Source: Eledone cirrhosa
Taxonomy: Eukaryota
NCBI GenBank assembly: GCA_964016885.1
Contig: OZ024740.1
Location: forward strand, 297,476,001-297,540,000
Length of the DNA: 64,000 nucleotides
Reading direction: 5' to 3'
In this document: piece after piece, positions 19,290 through 33,682 of the stretch
How positions within the stretch are numbered: position 1 is the stretch's first letter
Layout of the letters: every line of letters begins with the position of its first letter
Notes under the pieces: model-generated
Databases searched by the model: none
What the model was told of the DNA's origin: nothing
Seen by the model: the letters and a program-made list of their open reading frames with translations, nothing else
Position numbers and translations under genes: made by a program

Positions 19290-19620
19290 TACATGGTCTT
19301 GTTCAAAGAATACCATGCTGAGACACGTTCTCCACCCCGAGCTTAGTCGCTTCGGCCACAAACTCCGGAATCATGGCCCGCACTGCATAAACAGGAAGAT
19401 AAGCAAATATCAGGGCCTGTCCCGTCGCTTCCTCTTTGCACCGCTCGCCGTCGACATCACAGACGTCCTCGGACCCCGTATACACGATATCCTCCGTAAA
19501 ATCGGAACGTCAGCAACCCGTCTGACGAAGGAGCCCGTGTGGTGGTTTAGTTGTTGCAGCGAGTGTCATTGTTTTGTCATAAGTTTTGTCTGTGGGGCGC
19601 AACTGCTCACCACTCTGACC
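19290..19620 (+). mobile_element. CRE/RLE-type non-LTR 3' fragment
   Basis: KYQGL..RFLFAPLAVD...VLGPR...LRKIG...TKEP resembles a restriction-like endonuclease C-terminus. Related fragments at ~23790-23900 (SLAIDRGNAF), 25580-25720 (LAVLRGN), 62270-62380 (WLLQRGSLAIV..NAFAIL) and 63460-63720(-). Confidence 0.55.
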
Positions 19621-20305
19621 TAAGTTTAGAGTTTGTCACTCTCCCCTTCCCCCTTTTTCTTCCGTTGCCTAATAGTCCTTGCTCTTACCGTCCTTTTCTT
19701 CTCATATAGTCCTTGACTTTACTTTCCTATACAGCCAGATCTGCCCTTCTTTACCCTACCCCTTTTTTCAATATTTATATGAAACCTTAAACTATTTTAA
19801 AGATTAGTTAAGACGTATAATAATTGTTTCTACTTTTGGCACAAGGCCGTCAATTATCCCAGTGCATTACAGGTGCTTTATTTTATCGAGCCCGTAAAGA
19901 TGAAAGGCAAAGTTAACCTCGGCGGGATTTGAACTCAGACCGTAAATGGCTGTAACTCTATGTTGCAAAGCATGGCGTCCAACTCTCTATCGATACTGCC
20001 AATCCACTTGATAGTAAGATCTTGTGCGTATTTCGGCATGAATATATAGCCATACATTTATGGCCAAACTGCCGTTAAAGAAAGACATGGAGGGAGAAAT
20101 AAGAAATATCATTGTTGGGAGCAAGATACAAGTGAATCGGCGAATCTAAGAATCTACTCACCGGTCATATGAGAAACTAGGAAAATTACATTATAATCAG
20201 TTTGAAACATTAATCCCAAAATAATCTAATGAATACAATAAGCGAAAGCAAAAACAAAGAAAAGCACAAAGAAAATTGACAACACGCGACATTTTATTGT
20301 TGTTG

Positions 20306-20342
<37 letters not shown>

Positions 20343-20445
20343 CATTATCATCACCATTATCAGTAGCATCAACATCGTCACCAGCATCATTTCATTTGAC
20401 TTTTTTAATTGGGAAATATTAACATGAAAGTATCATGTGTACACA

Positions 20446-20478
<33 letters not shown>

Positions 20479-20525
20479 GGTGCAAGGTGTACATATATGC
20501 ATATATATATATATATGTATATGTT

Positions 20526-20610
<85 letters not shown>

Positions 20611-21112
20611 TGCATACATCATATATATATATGTTCTTATTTTGGAAATTCGTTCACATCTGTCGGGTTTCGGCCAACTTTAGACGATCTCATTTCTCGG
20701 GGTGGAATCTGGAAGCAGATAAAGATTCATCATATAAAACAACATATTAATGAAAGAACAAATAACATATTATATAACGAGTGATTATAGGCGTAGGTTT
20801 GATAAAATACATTCTGAAAGTTCTAGTAATCATTCAGTCTCTCTCTCTCGACGCCATTGGCTTTTTTATGTTCGTCTCAAGATAAACGAAGCTAATGACG
20901 TCATTGCTTGAATCAAAGGAATGAATGTAGGATCCTAGAATGTCGTTGATAAACTTTGGTCTTTGAGAGACACCTTGCTGATGTTTAATTAATCGTGTAA
21001 GCACATCAGCCTCTCTCTCTCTCTCTCTCATATATATTTTTTTCTCTATCTCTTTTTCTCCCTCCTACTGTTTTAATCTCTTTCCGTTACTCTCTCTCTC
21101 TCTCTCTCTCTA

Positions 21113-21164
<52 letters not shown>

Positions 21165-22684
21165 ACACATATAGAAATACAAATACACACTCTTCTGTTT
21201 TAGTCTAAATATATATGCTTCTACTTAATATTTCTTACTGTTTCTCTCTCTCTCTCTGACACGAAACTCTGAGCTATGAAAACACGCTTTGATTCTGGCG
21301 ACTGCAGCACACTCTATGGCGTCGCCTTTGAATCCTTTTATAAAATATTTACACAAGTAAAAGTTCATTCTTACGATGAGGAATTTCTGCCTTTTAAAAT
21401 TCAATCAGATTCCCAGAAATATTGTGTTCTTTCTCTCTAACGTCTTCACTTTGCCATCGACTAAATTGCAGAGCGTGGTAAAGGTTTATATTAAGTGTCA
21501 CTAACCTTCATTGTGGCAACGACTCCATGATATCATGATAATCATCAATAACTACATATTCAGTCAGTCATTGAACGCCTCAGTGAGCATGTGAGGTGTC
21601 GCTTGTAGGCATGAAAATCAATATATCGAAGCGAAGGTAAAAACTGTGCCTATCATAATCAATGGCAAGTTTTCAGAAGAGGTCGATTAATTCAAATATC
21701 TTGATACTATTTTCTCTGCTACGCTCCAAGTTAAATATGAGATAGATGTCGACATCTACTATGAACGTATAGGAAATCTTTTAAGATGATCTGGGTATCC
21801 CAGTGGTGCTTTCGTATCCGCCGATGCCGGTTGCTTCGATCTTGAAGTTCTTGAGATTGTAATGCTTTATAAGATTATAAAACTATCCATTGCTAGTATA
21901 AAACCTTTACTTTATCACTCTCCTCGGTCCCTGGTTTTCATTATCACATCGCTTAAGCGCATTGTCCCGCAAAATATTTCCATAAACAGGGACAGGCTTT
22001 TGCGCAATCTTCTCTAGCCGCAAATGTAATGCTTTCTCGGCCTTCACAAGGCATTTATCATAAATTTGAGACACAACTTTGTAGGCGAAACTCTAGCACG
22101 TGTGTACATTTGTGAAATTTATTTTTTATCGTGTGAATACTAGATAAATCCCAACCCTATTTTGTCCATTGACGTAGTTTCAACTGACATGACACTCGCA
22201 AATTTGTTGCAAGTTTAGTCTTTTTTTTTTTAGCTTTACATTACTGCTATTAGTGTTTTTATCAAGCCTTTTTGGAAGTCATTGCTCATTAAGAAGAGTA
22301 ACACAATGATCTTTTGAATTAGTATTGATCCCTAGTTGAAATCATTTCACTTTATGAATAAATGTGCTTAAATCCACGGAACACTTACTCATTAGTTTTG
22401 AGGTCAAATCACGTGTACGTATTCTCTTTATTAACGAGAACACTTTTTTCTATATCGCTTCACCTCAAAATTTAATTCGTATATATTTTAGAATTTCCTA
22501 ACAAAAGTACATTTGTAAGACAGCTAACTGCACTTATCAAGATCTGACCTATCCTTTATGATAACGTATCAGAGGTCTGTGCATTCTCTCACACTATCTG
22601 ATATTTAGTACGTATAAAACAAATCATTATAGACAAGAAACTGTAACCGTTTTAAGAGTTTGGTAATAAAACATAGTCATCAGA

Positions 22685-22782
22685 TTAATACCTACTTCCA
22701 GCATGAAGGATTTCTCTCAGTATCCTCGATGTCTTTGATTGACTCAGGGTTTTCACCACAAACGCAAACCAATACCGCTCAG
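22685..22782 (-). CDS. Exon 13 (probable terminal coding exon)
   Basis: Acceptor ggttaaattccag; PERYWFAFVVKTLSQSKTSRILREILHAGSRY then TAA (22687-22685). A minus-strand AATAAA lies near 22427-22432. An internal donor at 22695 (gtaggt) cannot be excluded. Confidence 0.6.
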
Positions 22783-22934
22783 CTGGAATTTAACCAAACA
22801 GAATATAAGATAAACAAGTGGAATTATATAATATATTACATAAATCTGAAATAATTTGATACTTGAATTTGTGTATAATGTGTGTATAAATATACTCATT
22901 GACTATATAAACACGGGCATAAACATTGACTTAC

Positions 22935-23117
22935 GTCCGTAAACACATTTGATTGATGTTTCATCCCACACTGTTTTGTCTGGACATTGCATGAGGAACA
23001 AAAGTCCGTGACTGCACTGGTAAAACTGTGAAATCGATTTGTGCTTCGGGTAGTAACTGTTCGGTTGGCAAGGTATACATCGCATGTTGCTTGTGTCAAA
23101 CACACACAAGGGAGTAG
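22935..23117 (-). CDS. Exon 12: CBM14-like domain 5
   Basis: Acceptor tctctaatcacag, donor gtaagt; 183 nt; TTPLCVFDTSNMRCIPCQPNSYYPKHKSISQFYQCSHGLLFLMQCPDKTVWDETSIKCVYG. Confidence 0.92.
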
Positions 23118-24205
23118 CTGTGATTAGAGAAAAAAAATAGATTTAAAAAAAAACTTTAATTTCTTTCATGTAGACGCAGTATGGCCGAATGGTTAAGAAG
23201 TTCAGTTTGCAATCATTAGATCTCGGGTTTAATCGTACTGTGTGGCATCTTAGGCAAGTGTTATTTACGATAGCCACGAGTCGACCCATACCTTGTGAGA
23301 GAAATTGGGTAGACGGAAAATTAGGATCACTTATCGTGGAAACTTTCACAAAAACAAATACATGATGGAAGAAACTGCGGCTTGCAGTGAATTCGTTCTT
23401 CTGCTGGTGTTTAGTTTGGTTCTTAAAGTGTTCGACTCTCTATCGTAAAGTCGTGAGTTCGATTCCCGGTGGTGCATTGTGACCTTGGGCAAGGTACTTT
23501 ATTTCACGTTGTTCAAGTCTTCTCATCTAGCATTTCAAAAAGCCGGCCATGTCAAACACTGTGTCCGCTGAATATATACGAAAGTTATACTAAGGACACA
23601 CGTATCTGTAGAATGCTTAGCTATTTGCATGTTAACTTCATGATCCATTGTTCGAATAGTTGGAATATTCATTTGCCGTCGGAATCGATATACGTACGAC
23701 ACATTCATTCCAGATAAACAAAACCTGCGACCTCCCCCTCACCGTAAAAGTTTATGTTAATGCATTAACCTATGTTTGATTGTTATTGTCAAATGGCCGT
23801 AGTCTTACGAGTCACTGGCCATCGACCGGGGGAATGCTTTTGTCGTCTTATCAGCGGGGCGCAGCACTTCTGCCCTCTTGCTCTAGGCCTAAAGCCCTAT
23901 CACCCTCCACTCTCTTCAGCGACACCAGAGCTCTTACCATCCCCTCCCCTTCCCGTTCTTTTTCTTCTTTCTTTCTTTTTTTTTTCGATATATCCCTATT
24001 CTTTCTTTCCTCTTGCTTCCCTTTTTTTCTTGTTTTTTATAAAATTAATTAAATTGTTTAGAACTACAAGTGAAAAAAAAAAACAAAAAAAGTTTATTAA
24101 ACTCGCTGAGCAGCAGAGAGAGAAACAAACAGACAGAGGGATAGACAGACAGAAAGAAAGAGACAGACAGACTGACAGACAATACTGTGTGTATATGTAA
24201 CTTAC

Positions 24206-24268
24206 TTGCTGAATCAATTGGTTCATAGACAGAGATCGGTCTTTGAGAAAATGTTAAGTTGTAGACAT
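24206..24268 (-). CDS. Exon 11 (linker)
   Basis: Acceptor tttcttatactatag, donor gtaagt; 63 nt, phase 1-1; DVYNLTFSQRPISVYEPIDSA, resembling exon 4. Confidence 0.8.
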
Positions 24269-24891
24269 CTATAGTATAAGAAAGATATGTGTATAAATTT
24301 ACATTTAACATTTACACAAAAAATACATTTATATATGTGTAGTTGCTAACGTGTAGCCCGTGTTCAAACCTGAACAAGTATACTTATAACACGTAAGTAG
24401 TCGATTAAAATTTGCACGGTCGGTTTTGATTTTTAAAACAAATCTAGAAACAAACAGAGACTCTCTCGCTGAGTTGTATACACGGTATATTTCTTACACT
24501 TTCCTTCATAAAACTGCATGTTTTACTACTTCACATATTTTCACAGTTGTTATTATTGTTGCTGATGTTATTATTGCTGTTGTTGTTTTTGTTGTTGTTA
24601 CTGTTGTTGCAGAGGATTTTGCTGATGTTGTTGTTGATGGTGATGATGATGATGCTGTCTAGCCCCAGATTAGCCTTGCCACTGCAGACCCAAGATCAAA
24701 GGTGTCCCCTCAATGACTACTTCATTTTTTTGTTCATCTATGAATGTATATACGACTACTAAGAGGCCAATGTAATGTGTTATTTTTATAAATACTACAG
24801 AGTGTGATTTGAAGAAGATGGCGCTGCTATTTTTTACTAATCGAATGAACATTTAGCATTCATCACAAATTTTTTGCAACATGATTTAGAT

Positions 24892-25187
24892 CAGGCATGG
24901 ACAACCTTTTTCGAGAAGCGGGCCGCATGAGATGTGGTTTATCATCAGTCAGGCGGGGTGCAAATGCTGATTTACATTCGTGTCTACATTAAAAAAAAGG
25001 GCGGTAACTCAGATTGTTTTGATTTGTTTCTTCAGAATTCGTAAACGTTGTTTTCCTCGATCGTAAAAATGATAGAAAGATAAATTACTACTGAAAAGTT
25101 GGGGTAAAAAAAATTAGAAAGATTTCACTTAGGTGACTTAGGCGAGACATTCAGAAAGCTTTGCGGGCCACTGGTTGCCCATGACTG
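24892..25187. mobile_element. hAT-type MITE
   Basis: TIRs caggcatggacaacc / ggttgcccatgactg; 8-bp TSD atttagat/ctttagat with one mismatch. Confidence 0.75.
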
Positions 25188-25834
25188 CTTTAGATTAACA
25201 AATATCTGAGAAGTGTGCTCATATGTGTTCATTTGTGTCCATGTGTATATCCACAAGTGTGTTTGTGTGTGGGAGCATGTGTGGGGGTGTATGTTAGTGC
25301 ATGTTTATGTGGGTTTATGTGCGTATATATGTGTGTATTTGCCTCTGTGTATGTGTGTCTTCTTATTTGCGGATTTATTTTTAAATCAACAGACCTCTGA
25401 TAAAGAAACATGTCTCTATATCTTAAATAGCACATAGGTTTTACATATTTGCACTGGCTCACTTGTAATCAGAATTTTCAAGACATTATATACAATGCTT
25501 CCTTTTTGTGCCGATTGCATAAGCAACCTTCGGTAACCACAGTTCTCATATCTACTGCTATTCTGATCCCCGCTCCACCGCAATATCGGGGGGAGTGCAT
25601 GTCAGTTCAGGTAGAAGACCCATGAGGTGGAATGGCTGATGTAGCAGATATTTCTGGCTGTTCTCCGTGGTAATACACCATCTTATAAGCGGGGTGCAGC
25701 TGAGATGTTCCACACAGCCAAGGGTGTAGAGTTTGCACCTCCGCCTTTCCCATTTCCCATTTTCAATTTAATTTTTCTTCTTCTTTCTCGTTTACCTTTC
25801 TTCTCGGTTATTTTTTAATTACTTTCATTGTTGT

Positions 25835-26617
25835 AGATTGGCAGTATCGGTAGAGGGCCGGACGCCATACTTTGCAGCAAAGAGTTACGTCCCTTTACGA
25901 TCAGAGTTCAAATCCCGTCGATGTCAACTTTGCTTTTCATCCTTACGGGGTCGATAAAATAAAGTACCAGTAATGCACTGGGTAATTGCTGGCCTTGTAG
26001 AAACAATTATTGTATACCATATAAAAATGATGGATTAACAAAATCGGTAGAGCGTCGGATAACATGCTCTGCGGTGTATAATTATTGATTTATTTAACTT
26101 CCTCCCACCCCCAAAATGCTGGCCTTGTGCCTATAGTAGAAATCATTATTGAATACCATATAAAGATGGCAGATTGGCAGAATCTGTAGAACGTCGGATA
26201 ACATACTTTGCCGTATAGAGTTACGGCCCTTTACGTTCTGAGTTGAGTTACGGCCCTTTACGTTCTGAGTTCAACTCTCGCCGAGGTTAGCTTTGCCTTT
26301 CATCCTTACAGGATCGATAAAATAAAGTACCAGTAATGCTCTAGGGGCGATTTAGTCGACCTCCCCCTCCTCCAAATTGTTGGCCATGTGCTTAAATCAG
26401 AAACCATTATTGTATAACATACAAGGGGAGGTGGATTGGCAGTATCTGTAGAGGGTCGGACACCATGCTTTGACGCATAGAGTTACGGCCCTTGCCATTC
26501 TGAGTTCAAATCCCGCCGAGGTTAACTTTGCCTTTCATCCTTACGGAGTCGATAAAATAAAGTACCAGTAATTCACTGGGTATTTGCTGGCCTTGTGCCA
26601 AAAGTAGAAACAATTAT
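25835..26617 (+). mobile_element. Cluster of three tandem SINE copies plus a fragment
   Basis: The same SINE head and body repeat at ~25835, ~26165 and ~26428. Confidence 0.85.
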
Positions 26618-27009
26618 TGTATAACATATATTGATTAAATGAATCTTAGCAAAAATCTCCTTTTCCGTATTGTCATTTATTTATTTTTAACAAAATATCT
26701 AAGCTAACATTAACATTACTGGGCCAATTATTTTAAATACACATGAGAACTTTATTATAACTACTATATTCCCGCAAGCAACTGTGCAACTGTCCATATT
26801 TGTTCCCGTTTGGGCTAAACATGTACTGCACTGCACTGCACTGCACTGCACAGTAAGTAAGTAAGTAAGTAAGTAAGCATGCATGCATGCATGCATGTAT
26901 GTATGTATGTATGTGTATGTGTATGCATATATGTATGTATACATATATGTATGAATGTATATATATTTTTTTACGTGTAATGCATCTTCGGTAAAATAAC
27001 GTCGTCGTT

Positions 27010-27032
27010 GTAGTTGTAGTAGCAGCAGCAGC

Positions 27033-27112
<80 letters not shown>

Positions 27113-27131
27113 CAGCAGCAGCGACGGCGGC

Positions 27132-27174
<43 letters not shown>

Positions 27175-27200
27175 CTACTACTACTACTACTACTACTACG
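27010..27200. repeat. (TAG)n microsatellite switching to (CTA)n
   Basis: Read directly; it creates the spurious poly-L and poly-T ORFs. Confidence 0.95.
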
Positions 27201-27239
27201 TTGCACCTGATAACCGAAGACCAAGTAATATACACTAAC

Positions 27240-27422
27240 CTTTGAGCACACAATGGGCAGCTATCTGGTGCCACCACATTCCTTCCGGACATAGTTTCGG
27301 TTGTAGTACACCCTCGACACATTCGTAGAAGAGGTCCTTCCTGAACGGGTGACTGTAAGCAGCACCCTGAGAACAATGCTGACAACCTGGTACTTGGTTG
27401 TCAAACAGACACATTTTGGACA
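27240..27422 (-). CDS. Exon 10: CBM14-like domain 4 (most divergent)
   Basis: Acceptor tctcttttacag, donor G|gttagt; 183 nt; MSKMCLFDNQVPGCQHCSQGAAYSHPFRKDLFYECVEGVLQPKLCPEGMWWHQIAAHCVLK. Confidence 0.9.
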
Positions 27423-29353
27423 CTGTAAAAGAGACAAATTTAGCTTAGACTCATTAAATTTATACCTAACGCCATTCCCACTTCTATAGATACGTGGCAC
27501 CACATCAACAAAAACACTACACCATCATAAATATCACAAAAATAACCACTGCGTATTGAACGCCTTTCTGTCGTTACTTGGACCACTAGGAATAGATATC
27601 AAATTAACCCAATGTCTTGATATTGTTGTCCTAGATGTGCAGAACTCTAAGAAAAAGGCACAATGCTCATAGCTGGAACACTCATACAATTCATCAACGG
27701 TTTACGCGAACATGATTAATCTGTGACTTAGGAATTTTAAACCTGGCTACGCCCATCCTTCTCCAGGTATAACCCCTGATGAATACTTTCAGGGAGAAAG
27801 AGAGAGAGAGAGAGTGTGAGAGAGAGAAGGGAGAGAGAGAGAGCGCGATAGAGAGAAAGTATGAGGAAGAAAGATAGAGTAAGAAAGATAGAGTATTGAA
27901 CTTATACTTTATTTGTCGACCTCGAAACGATGAAATGTAAAGTTGGCCAAACCTGGTTTTGAATTCAGAGCGCAGAGAGCCTGATTGTATAACACGCCGC
28001 AAATCACCCTATTCAACACCCTAACGACTCTGTCAGTTCTCCACCTGCTCTCGAATAATCATCTCCTCCCCTCTTATTAATTTTTCAGATTCCCCTCTCC
28101 TGCTTATTAAATTTTGCTAATCTTTCTCCGGCGAAATTTTATTTTAAGTGGTAGCATTCCTGCGACAATTAATTTTCTTTAGACATTAAAAAAACATTAT
28201 ACATAACTAAAAAACGAACATTACTATAAATCCCTTATGTTATAAAATAAATAGGATGTGTTGTGATCTCAATGTGGGTCAGTTTTTTCAAAAAAATCAA
28301 GGGAGACAAACTAGAAAAATTATGAATTTTCCAAACCTACTAATATCACCGCACCCCATTATTTGGGATTTGAGAATACACATGTATCTATATATATGCA
28401 CATATATATCAAAGGATATCGACCCAGTACTTCTATTGTCAACCTTGGAAAGACCAGAAGGGAAAATTGATCTGAAAGGTTTTTGTCCGATACTCATTAG
28501 CCTACGACATCCACCTGTGTTTGAGCATTCAAAAGACACTTAACATAATTCTCGTGGAGATACAACGTGATACAGTGTTTTACTAGCTCAAGAGTGTGCA
28601 ACCTAATCCATTGGCGGGCCACTTTTGATCATTGGAACGACTATTAGGGCCAGTCAAAAATATGTAATCTAATGAAAACCAATGAATTGAGTCATAAATA
28701 CATTGTGAATACATGTTTAAACAATAAAGAGAAATAACATGGAACTGGGAAATTATAACACACATAACCCACAAGTGAAGCCCTTTTGTAGGTCAATTAA
28801 CAGAAAATTGTATTACGGTTACGAAAAAAATTCTAAATAAGCCTACAAGGTAAAAATTAAAAACAGTCATCGAGGGGCCACTCGGACTAGTCTGGCAGGC
28901 CGGATTGTGGCCTGCGGGCCGCCTGTTGCACGGCCCTGTACTAACCCATTGAATTATAGGTATATCGCATTCGATGGAGTTTCAGATAGTATCCATCTAC
29001 CCAGTACTTCTCCAATTGAAGGTGTTGATTTTGCCACATACGTTTTTGTTCTCTTTGGTTTATCCTATCTTTTAACTTCTAACAGCCAATATCGCATGAA
29101 ACCGCTTTAACAAGACATCCTTCAAAAGTATAAAGCAGCACTATAACTACATGGCGTTAAAAAGTAGTCTTTACTCTAATACTATAATTTAACACAATGA
29201 TCTATCCATTCGTAAAAATACTATAAACATTTCAATTTACAAATCCATTTTTAAATATTTTCTGCGATGCTAAGAGTTTTTATGAATTGAACTTTAAAAT
29301 TGTTCATTATTTTCATTATATTTGAAGAAAAAAGTTCCATGTTCACCACTTAC

Positions 29354-29431
29354 TGTTAAAATGTCCAGTTGCTATCTGTGGCCATCTGGGAGTCAAAAAT
29401 TGGACAGGTGTATTATTTGCTAGGGCAGCAT
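29354..29431 (-). CDS. Exon 9 (linker)
   Basis: Acceptor ttttcattctag, donor gtaagt; 78 nt, phase 1-1; HAALANNTPVQFLTPRWPQIATGHFN. Confidence 0.75.
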
Positions 29432-29562
29432 CTAGAATGAAAATAACATTCATTTTGAAGGATATATATACTTGCAAATAAATATACATTTACGTACAAT
29501 AAATATACATTTACATTCAATAGAATGTACACACACACACATTATATATATATATACACACG

Positions 29563-29611
<49 letters not shown>

Positions 29612-29707
29612 ATATATATAAATGAAAAGTATAGAAATTATTATAGCGAGAAGCTAACAGTATTATATATCTATATGTTTGTGTGTGAGTGTGTGTATGT
29701 GGTTTTG

Positions 29708-29753
<46 letters not shown>

Positions 29754-31199
29754 TATATTATGATTGATAATAGAGGTGTATATGAAGGCATATGCGATAT
29801 GCTTATAATTACAGGGTGTCCCAAAAACTGTATGCACACTTTGATTAGAATGCTTTAGAAGTATGTATACATTTATTTTTGACACTGTATATAAACATAC
29901 ATGATATAATTCTCAGAAATCGCATGTATAACTCCGTTCACTTTCGTTCCGCCATTTGTAAATCAACTTCCTCTATAGCATACCTTAGCTAATGTTTTCC
30001 TCCAAATTCATTTTTTCCCTCCTTATCTTGACAAAAGAGGCTTTTTCCTTTCTCTTCTACACGACGAAATGACTTTTTGCTTCTTTTTTTAAAAACTTTT
30101 CTCACAATCCTGGTTTCTATTTTTGAAGACGCAGACAAAAGCATACACACCTCGTATTCAGGATTATCTATTCCCAGGATAATCGGACATACTAAAGATG
30201 TCACAAAATGTCGAATGCTACTGAAAACGACAAAATATATTCATACATTTTCTTTCTTTCTTTTCCCAGGTCAATATACTGTAGAATCTTAATAGAAACC
30301 ATTAAAAGTATCTACATGGATATTATTGTAAATATTTTAATGAAGCAAAGTAGTTTTGGTATTTCCACCGTGAGCTCATATAGAAGGTCCTATATCAACG
30401 GGAGGAATAATTGTTTCTACTTTTGGCACAAGACCAGCAATTATCCCAGTGCATTACTGGTACTTTATTTTATCGACCCCGTAAGGATGAAAGGCAAAGT
30501 TAACCTCGGCGGGATTTGAACTCAGATCGTAAAGAAGGATAACTCTATGCTGCAAAGCATGGTGTCCGACCCTCTATCGATACTGCCAATCCACCGCCCT
30601 CATTGGGATGAATAATAAAAGAAAATACGGAACAGAAGCTTCCTATGTAGTCGTAAAGGAAGGACAGCACACATGAGCCTATTTCAGAAACTCCCAGTTC
30701 GTTAGGAGGAAAGGAGGAAGCTATGCCCGGAGCGTAAGATGACTTGGATGCTCGACTTCCCTAAAAGCACTCGAGACAATGGATTAGATCAAATACAAAA
30801 GAATAACAGTTACTGTAAAGCTAAATTATTTTACCTTTTTTTATTTCTATAGCAGCCAATCTCCACAATCGAGATTCTGAAATATTAAAACAGGGTTAGG
30901 CTTACATGTAATAATTGTTTCTACTTTTGGCACAAGGCCAGCAATAACCCAGTGTATTACTGGTACTTTATTTTATCGACCCCGTAAGGATGAAAGGCAA
31001 AGTTAACCTCGGCGGGATTTTAACTCAGAATGGCAAGGGACGTAACTATATGCATCAAAGCATGGCGTCCGACCCTCTACCGATACTGCCAATCCACCGG
31101 AGAAAGCGACAGAGAGAGAGGGAGAGAGAAAGAGACAGATGATTTCCAAGTATGCGTTAAATACGTTAAATTTATCTGTATGTACGCATACAGTACAGT

Positions 31200-31445
31200 G
31201 GAGGCGCATGGCTTAGTGGTAAAGCTGTTGGACTTACGATCATAATGTCGTGTGTACGATTCAGGGGCATGGTTGTGTGTTGTGTTCTTGAGCAAAACAC
31301 TTCATTTTACGTTGCTCCAGTATGCTCAGCTGGATGTTTAACCCTACGATGGACTGGCGTCCTATCCCGGAGAAAGTCGTGTACTCTCAGTCGCTTCACG
31401 CCACGAAACTGCGATAAGCACCAGCCTGATGGCCTCCTGGCTTGA
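31200..31445 (+). mobile_element. Second tRNA-derived SINE family
   Basis: Head ggcgcatggcttagtggt, then tgtgttcttgagcaaaacacttcattt. Relatives at ~935-1215, 11200-11480(-), 19000-19215(-), 23173-23340 and 23395-23680. Confidence 0.7.
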
Positions 31446-32710
31446 GACAGACTTTAGACTATACAATATAGAGTTTAACCGAGTCTGTGTAGACGTGTTT
31501 ATATTTATACACATTGAGTATACAGAAATTTAAATATGTCAAATTTACCCGAAGGCCGAAAAATTTATAAATATTCTAAATCGATGTTCGTCCTTAATTG
31601 TGTTTTACATCAGAAAATATGTATTTCAAACAATCTCAAGGAAATAAGTAACTGATATCTTAATAAAGCCCTGTAAAAGCCGTAGCCCACACGAAAGAAC
31701 GTTCCAATTTGCATATTTTTGATGCCTATATTTCTAATTAATTTTTACATATAGTAAATTGTGTACTGAGTAGATTAATTACTCGTTAAATTTGTATACA
31801 TTTTAGAGCTTAATAGAGACCACGCACATGTGCCTATAAATATACACATTGAACCTATAGACATGCATATGTACATATATAAATTTAACTTATTTAAGCC
31901 TTAGGCAGAGAGGCTTGTTTGAAAAAAATATATTGCTGTCTCCATTTCATGCAGCAAAAACTGTTGACGGGCCTACGACCTGTTCTGGGTAGCATGGGAT
32001 GGATACACCAAGATTGCGTATTTCGAGGCCACAAAATATGCGACGGTTGCTTCGAACAGGATCCGCAGTAAGGAATGTTTGAGAACTCCTCCCCCCACTA
32101 CACTCTCAAGAAGAAGAAGAAGAAGAAGAAGAAGAAGAAGAAGAAAAAAAAGAACAACAACAACAACAACAACAACAAAAACAACAACAACAGCAACAAC
32201 AACAACTTATTTAACGTCTACTTACTGCACAATTTGATATATATCAAAATTAGTCTAACATAGACTATTTTTTTTGGGGGGGGGGGGGGGGGGGGCTTGA
32301 ATGTATCAATATTTCTCTCAAGGGGGCCGAAATACATACATCAAAATACTATTATATAGTGAAATAAACAAAGTAAGCAAAATCTCAAATGTGCTTTCAG
32401 CAAACAAAAAGCAAAACAATAAATTACAGAAATAATGCTATTTCTACGTATGAAACCACACTTTCTACAAAAATAAAACATATATAAGATTGCGTTGCTA
32501 TTATATTTCCTCTTGCTCTTTTACTCGATTACACTCAGCCAACTAGTTAAATGTCACTAAAGCTCATATTTCTCTAATCTCTCTCAAAACTTTCCGATAG
32601 AAAACATTCTCCTGCCACTACAATTATTTGTCTTCTCCCGTATCTTCAATAACTTTTAGTTTAAATGTTGATGTGCATTTTGTTTGTTTTTTCTCCTTGG
32701 GGCAATTTTG

Positions 32711-32984
32711 TACAAAATGGGAGAGAAACTTTAACTGCATTACTGTATTCCAAGAACGTTATACAGGAAATGACCTTGGCTGAGTTGTAGTGGAAGTTCT
32801 TGACATGATCTTCTTCTACTTCTTCTCCTTCCTCTTCTTCTTCCTCCTCTTCTTCTTCAAGAAGAAGAAGAAAAAGAAGAAGGTCATGTCAAGACCTTCC
32901 GCTTGAACTCAGCCAAGGTCATTTCCTGTATAACGTTCTTGGAATACAGTAATGCAGTTAAAGTTTCTCTCCCATTTTGTGCAA
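32711..32984. repeat. Inverted repeat with a (CTT)n/(AAG)n centre
   Basis: 32711-32810 is the reverse complement of 32880-32984. Confidence 0.85.
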
Positions 32985-33149
32985 CTGAAAGAAATCGAAT
33001 GTTGCATGAAGGTGGGAAAAAACTCAAAATACTCTGAAACAAGTGTAAAGCTTTAATATATAAAAACAGATCAGCAGTATTATTTTATAATCGCTATATG
33101 TAAATGAAAGTAATAATATATCGTTAATGCATTTCAGACTAATGTTTCA

Positions 33150-33682
33150 AACAAGACCTGGACAAGCTCGATGTGTTCAAAATGCGATGTCTTCGTCAGA
33201 TCCTTGGTGTCTCTCTACGAGACCGAATCTCGACCAACAACATCCGAGAACAATAGTAGCTGACTATTGAAAACCAAATCCGGCAACACAACCTGCAGTG
33301 GTTTGGCCACATCTGCAGGATAAGTACCGGAAGACTACCATACCAACTTTTGTCACAACAGCGATTCATGCACTGGAGAGTCCAGTGTAATACAGCGCAC
33401 CAAGGAAGATATGGGCGAAACAAATAGAGGAAGAGCTGAAATCGCAGCGCCTCGACCTCGACTATGCTAAAGTCAGCGCCATCGATAGAAAGACGTGGAA
33501 GAACATCATCATCGGAGTCTATCATCCAGTAGCATCCACAGCAGTGTATTGGTTGAGAGGACAGTCTTCAACAATCGCTAGCTAGGGATAGAAGAAGAAG
33601 AAGAAGAAGAAGAAGAAGAAGAAGAAGAAGAAGAAGAAGAAGAAGAAGAAGAAGAAGAAGAAGAAGAAGAAGAAGAAGAAGA
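33150..33682 (+). mobile_element. RTE-like LINE 3' end with an (AAG)n tail
   Basis: KLDVFKMRCLRQILGVSLRDRI...LQWFGHICRI..GRLPYQLL, followed by (AAG)n. Confidence 0.75.

Noticed and set aside
20162-20176. 15-nt phase-1 microexon candidate (cctag/gtgagt)
   Set aside because: It lies downstream of the probable stop codon and has no partner exon.
20680-21460. Alternative terminal exons (acceptors at 21460 and 20708)
   Set aside because: Possible if the donor at 22695 is used, but read-through of exon 13 already gives a stop and nothing supports these exons.
26699-27385. 228-aa poly-Leu and 172-aa poly-Thr (mucin-like) ORFs
   Set aside because: They come from (TAG)n. The true exon ends at a donor at 27239, and its frame hits TAG immediately afterwards.
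27578-27646. 69-nt open phase-1 exon candidate
   Set aside because: Weaker donor, an unpaired Cys and repeat-like sequence; exon 9 (29354-29431) fits far better.
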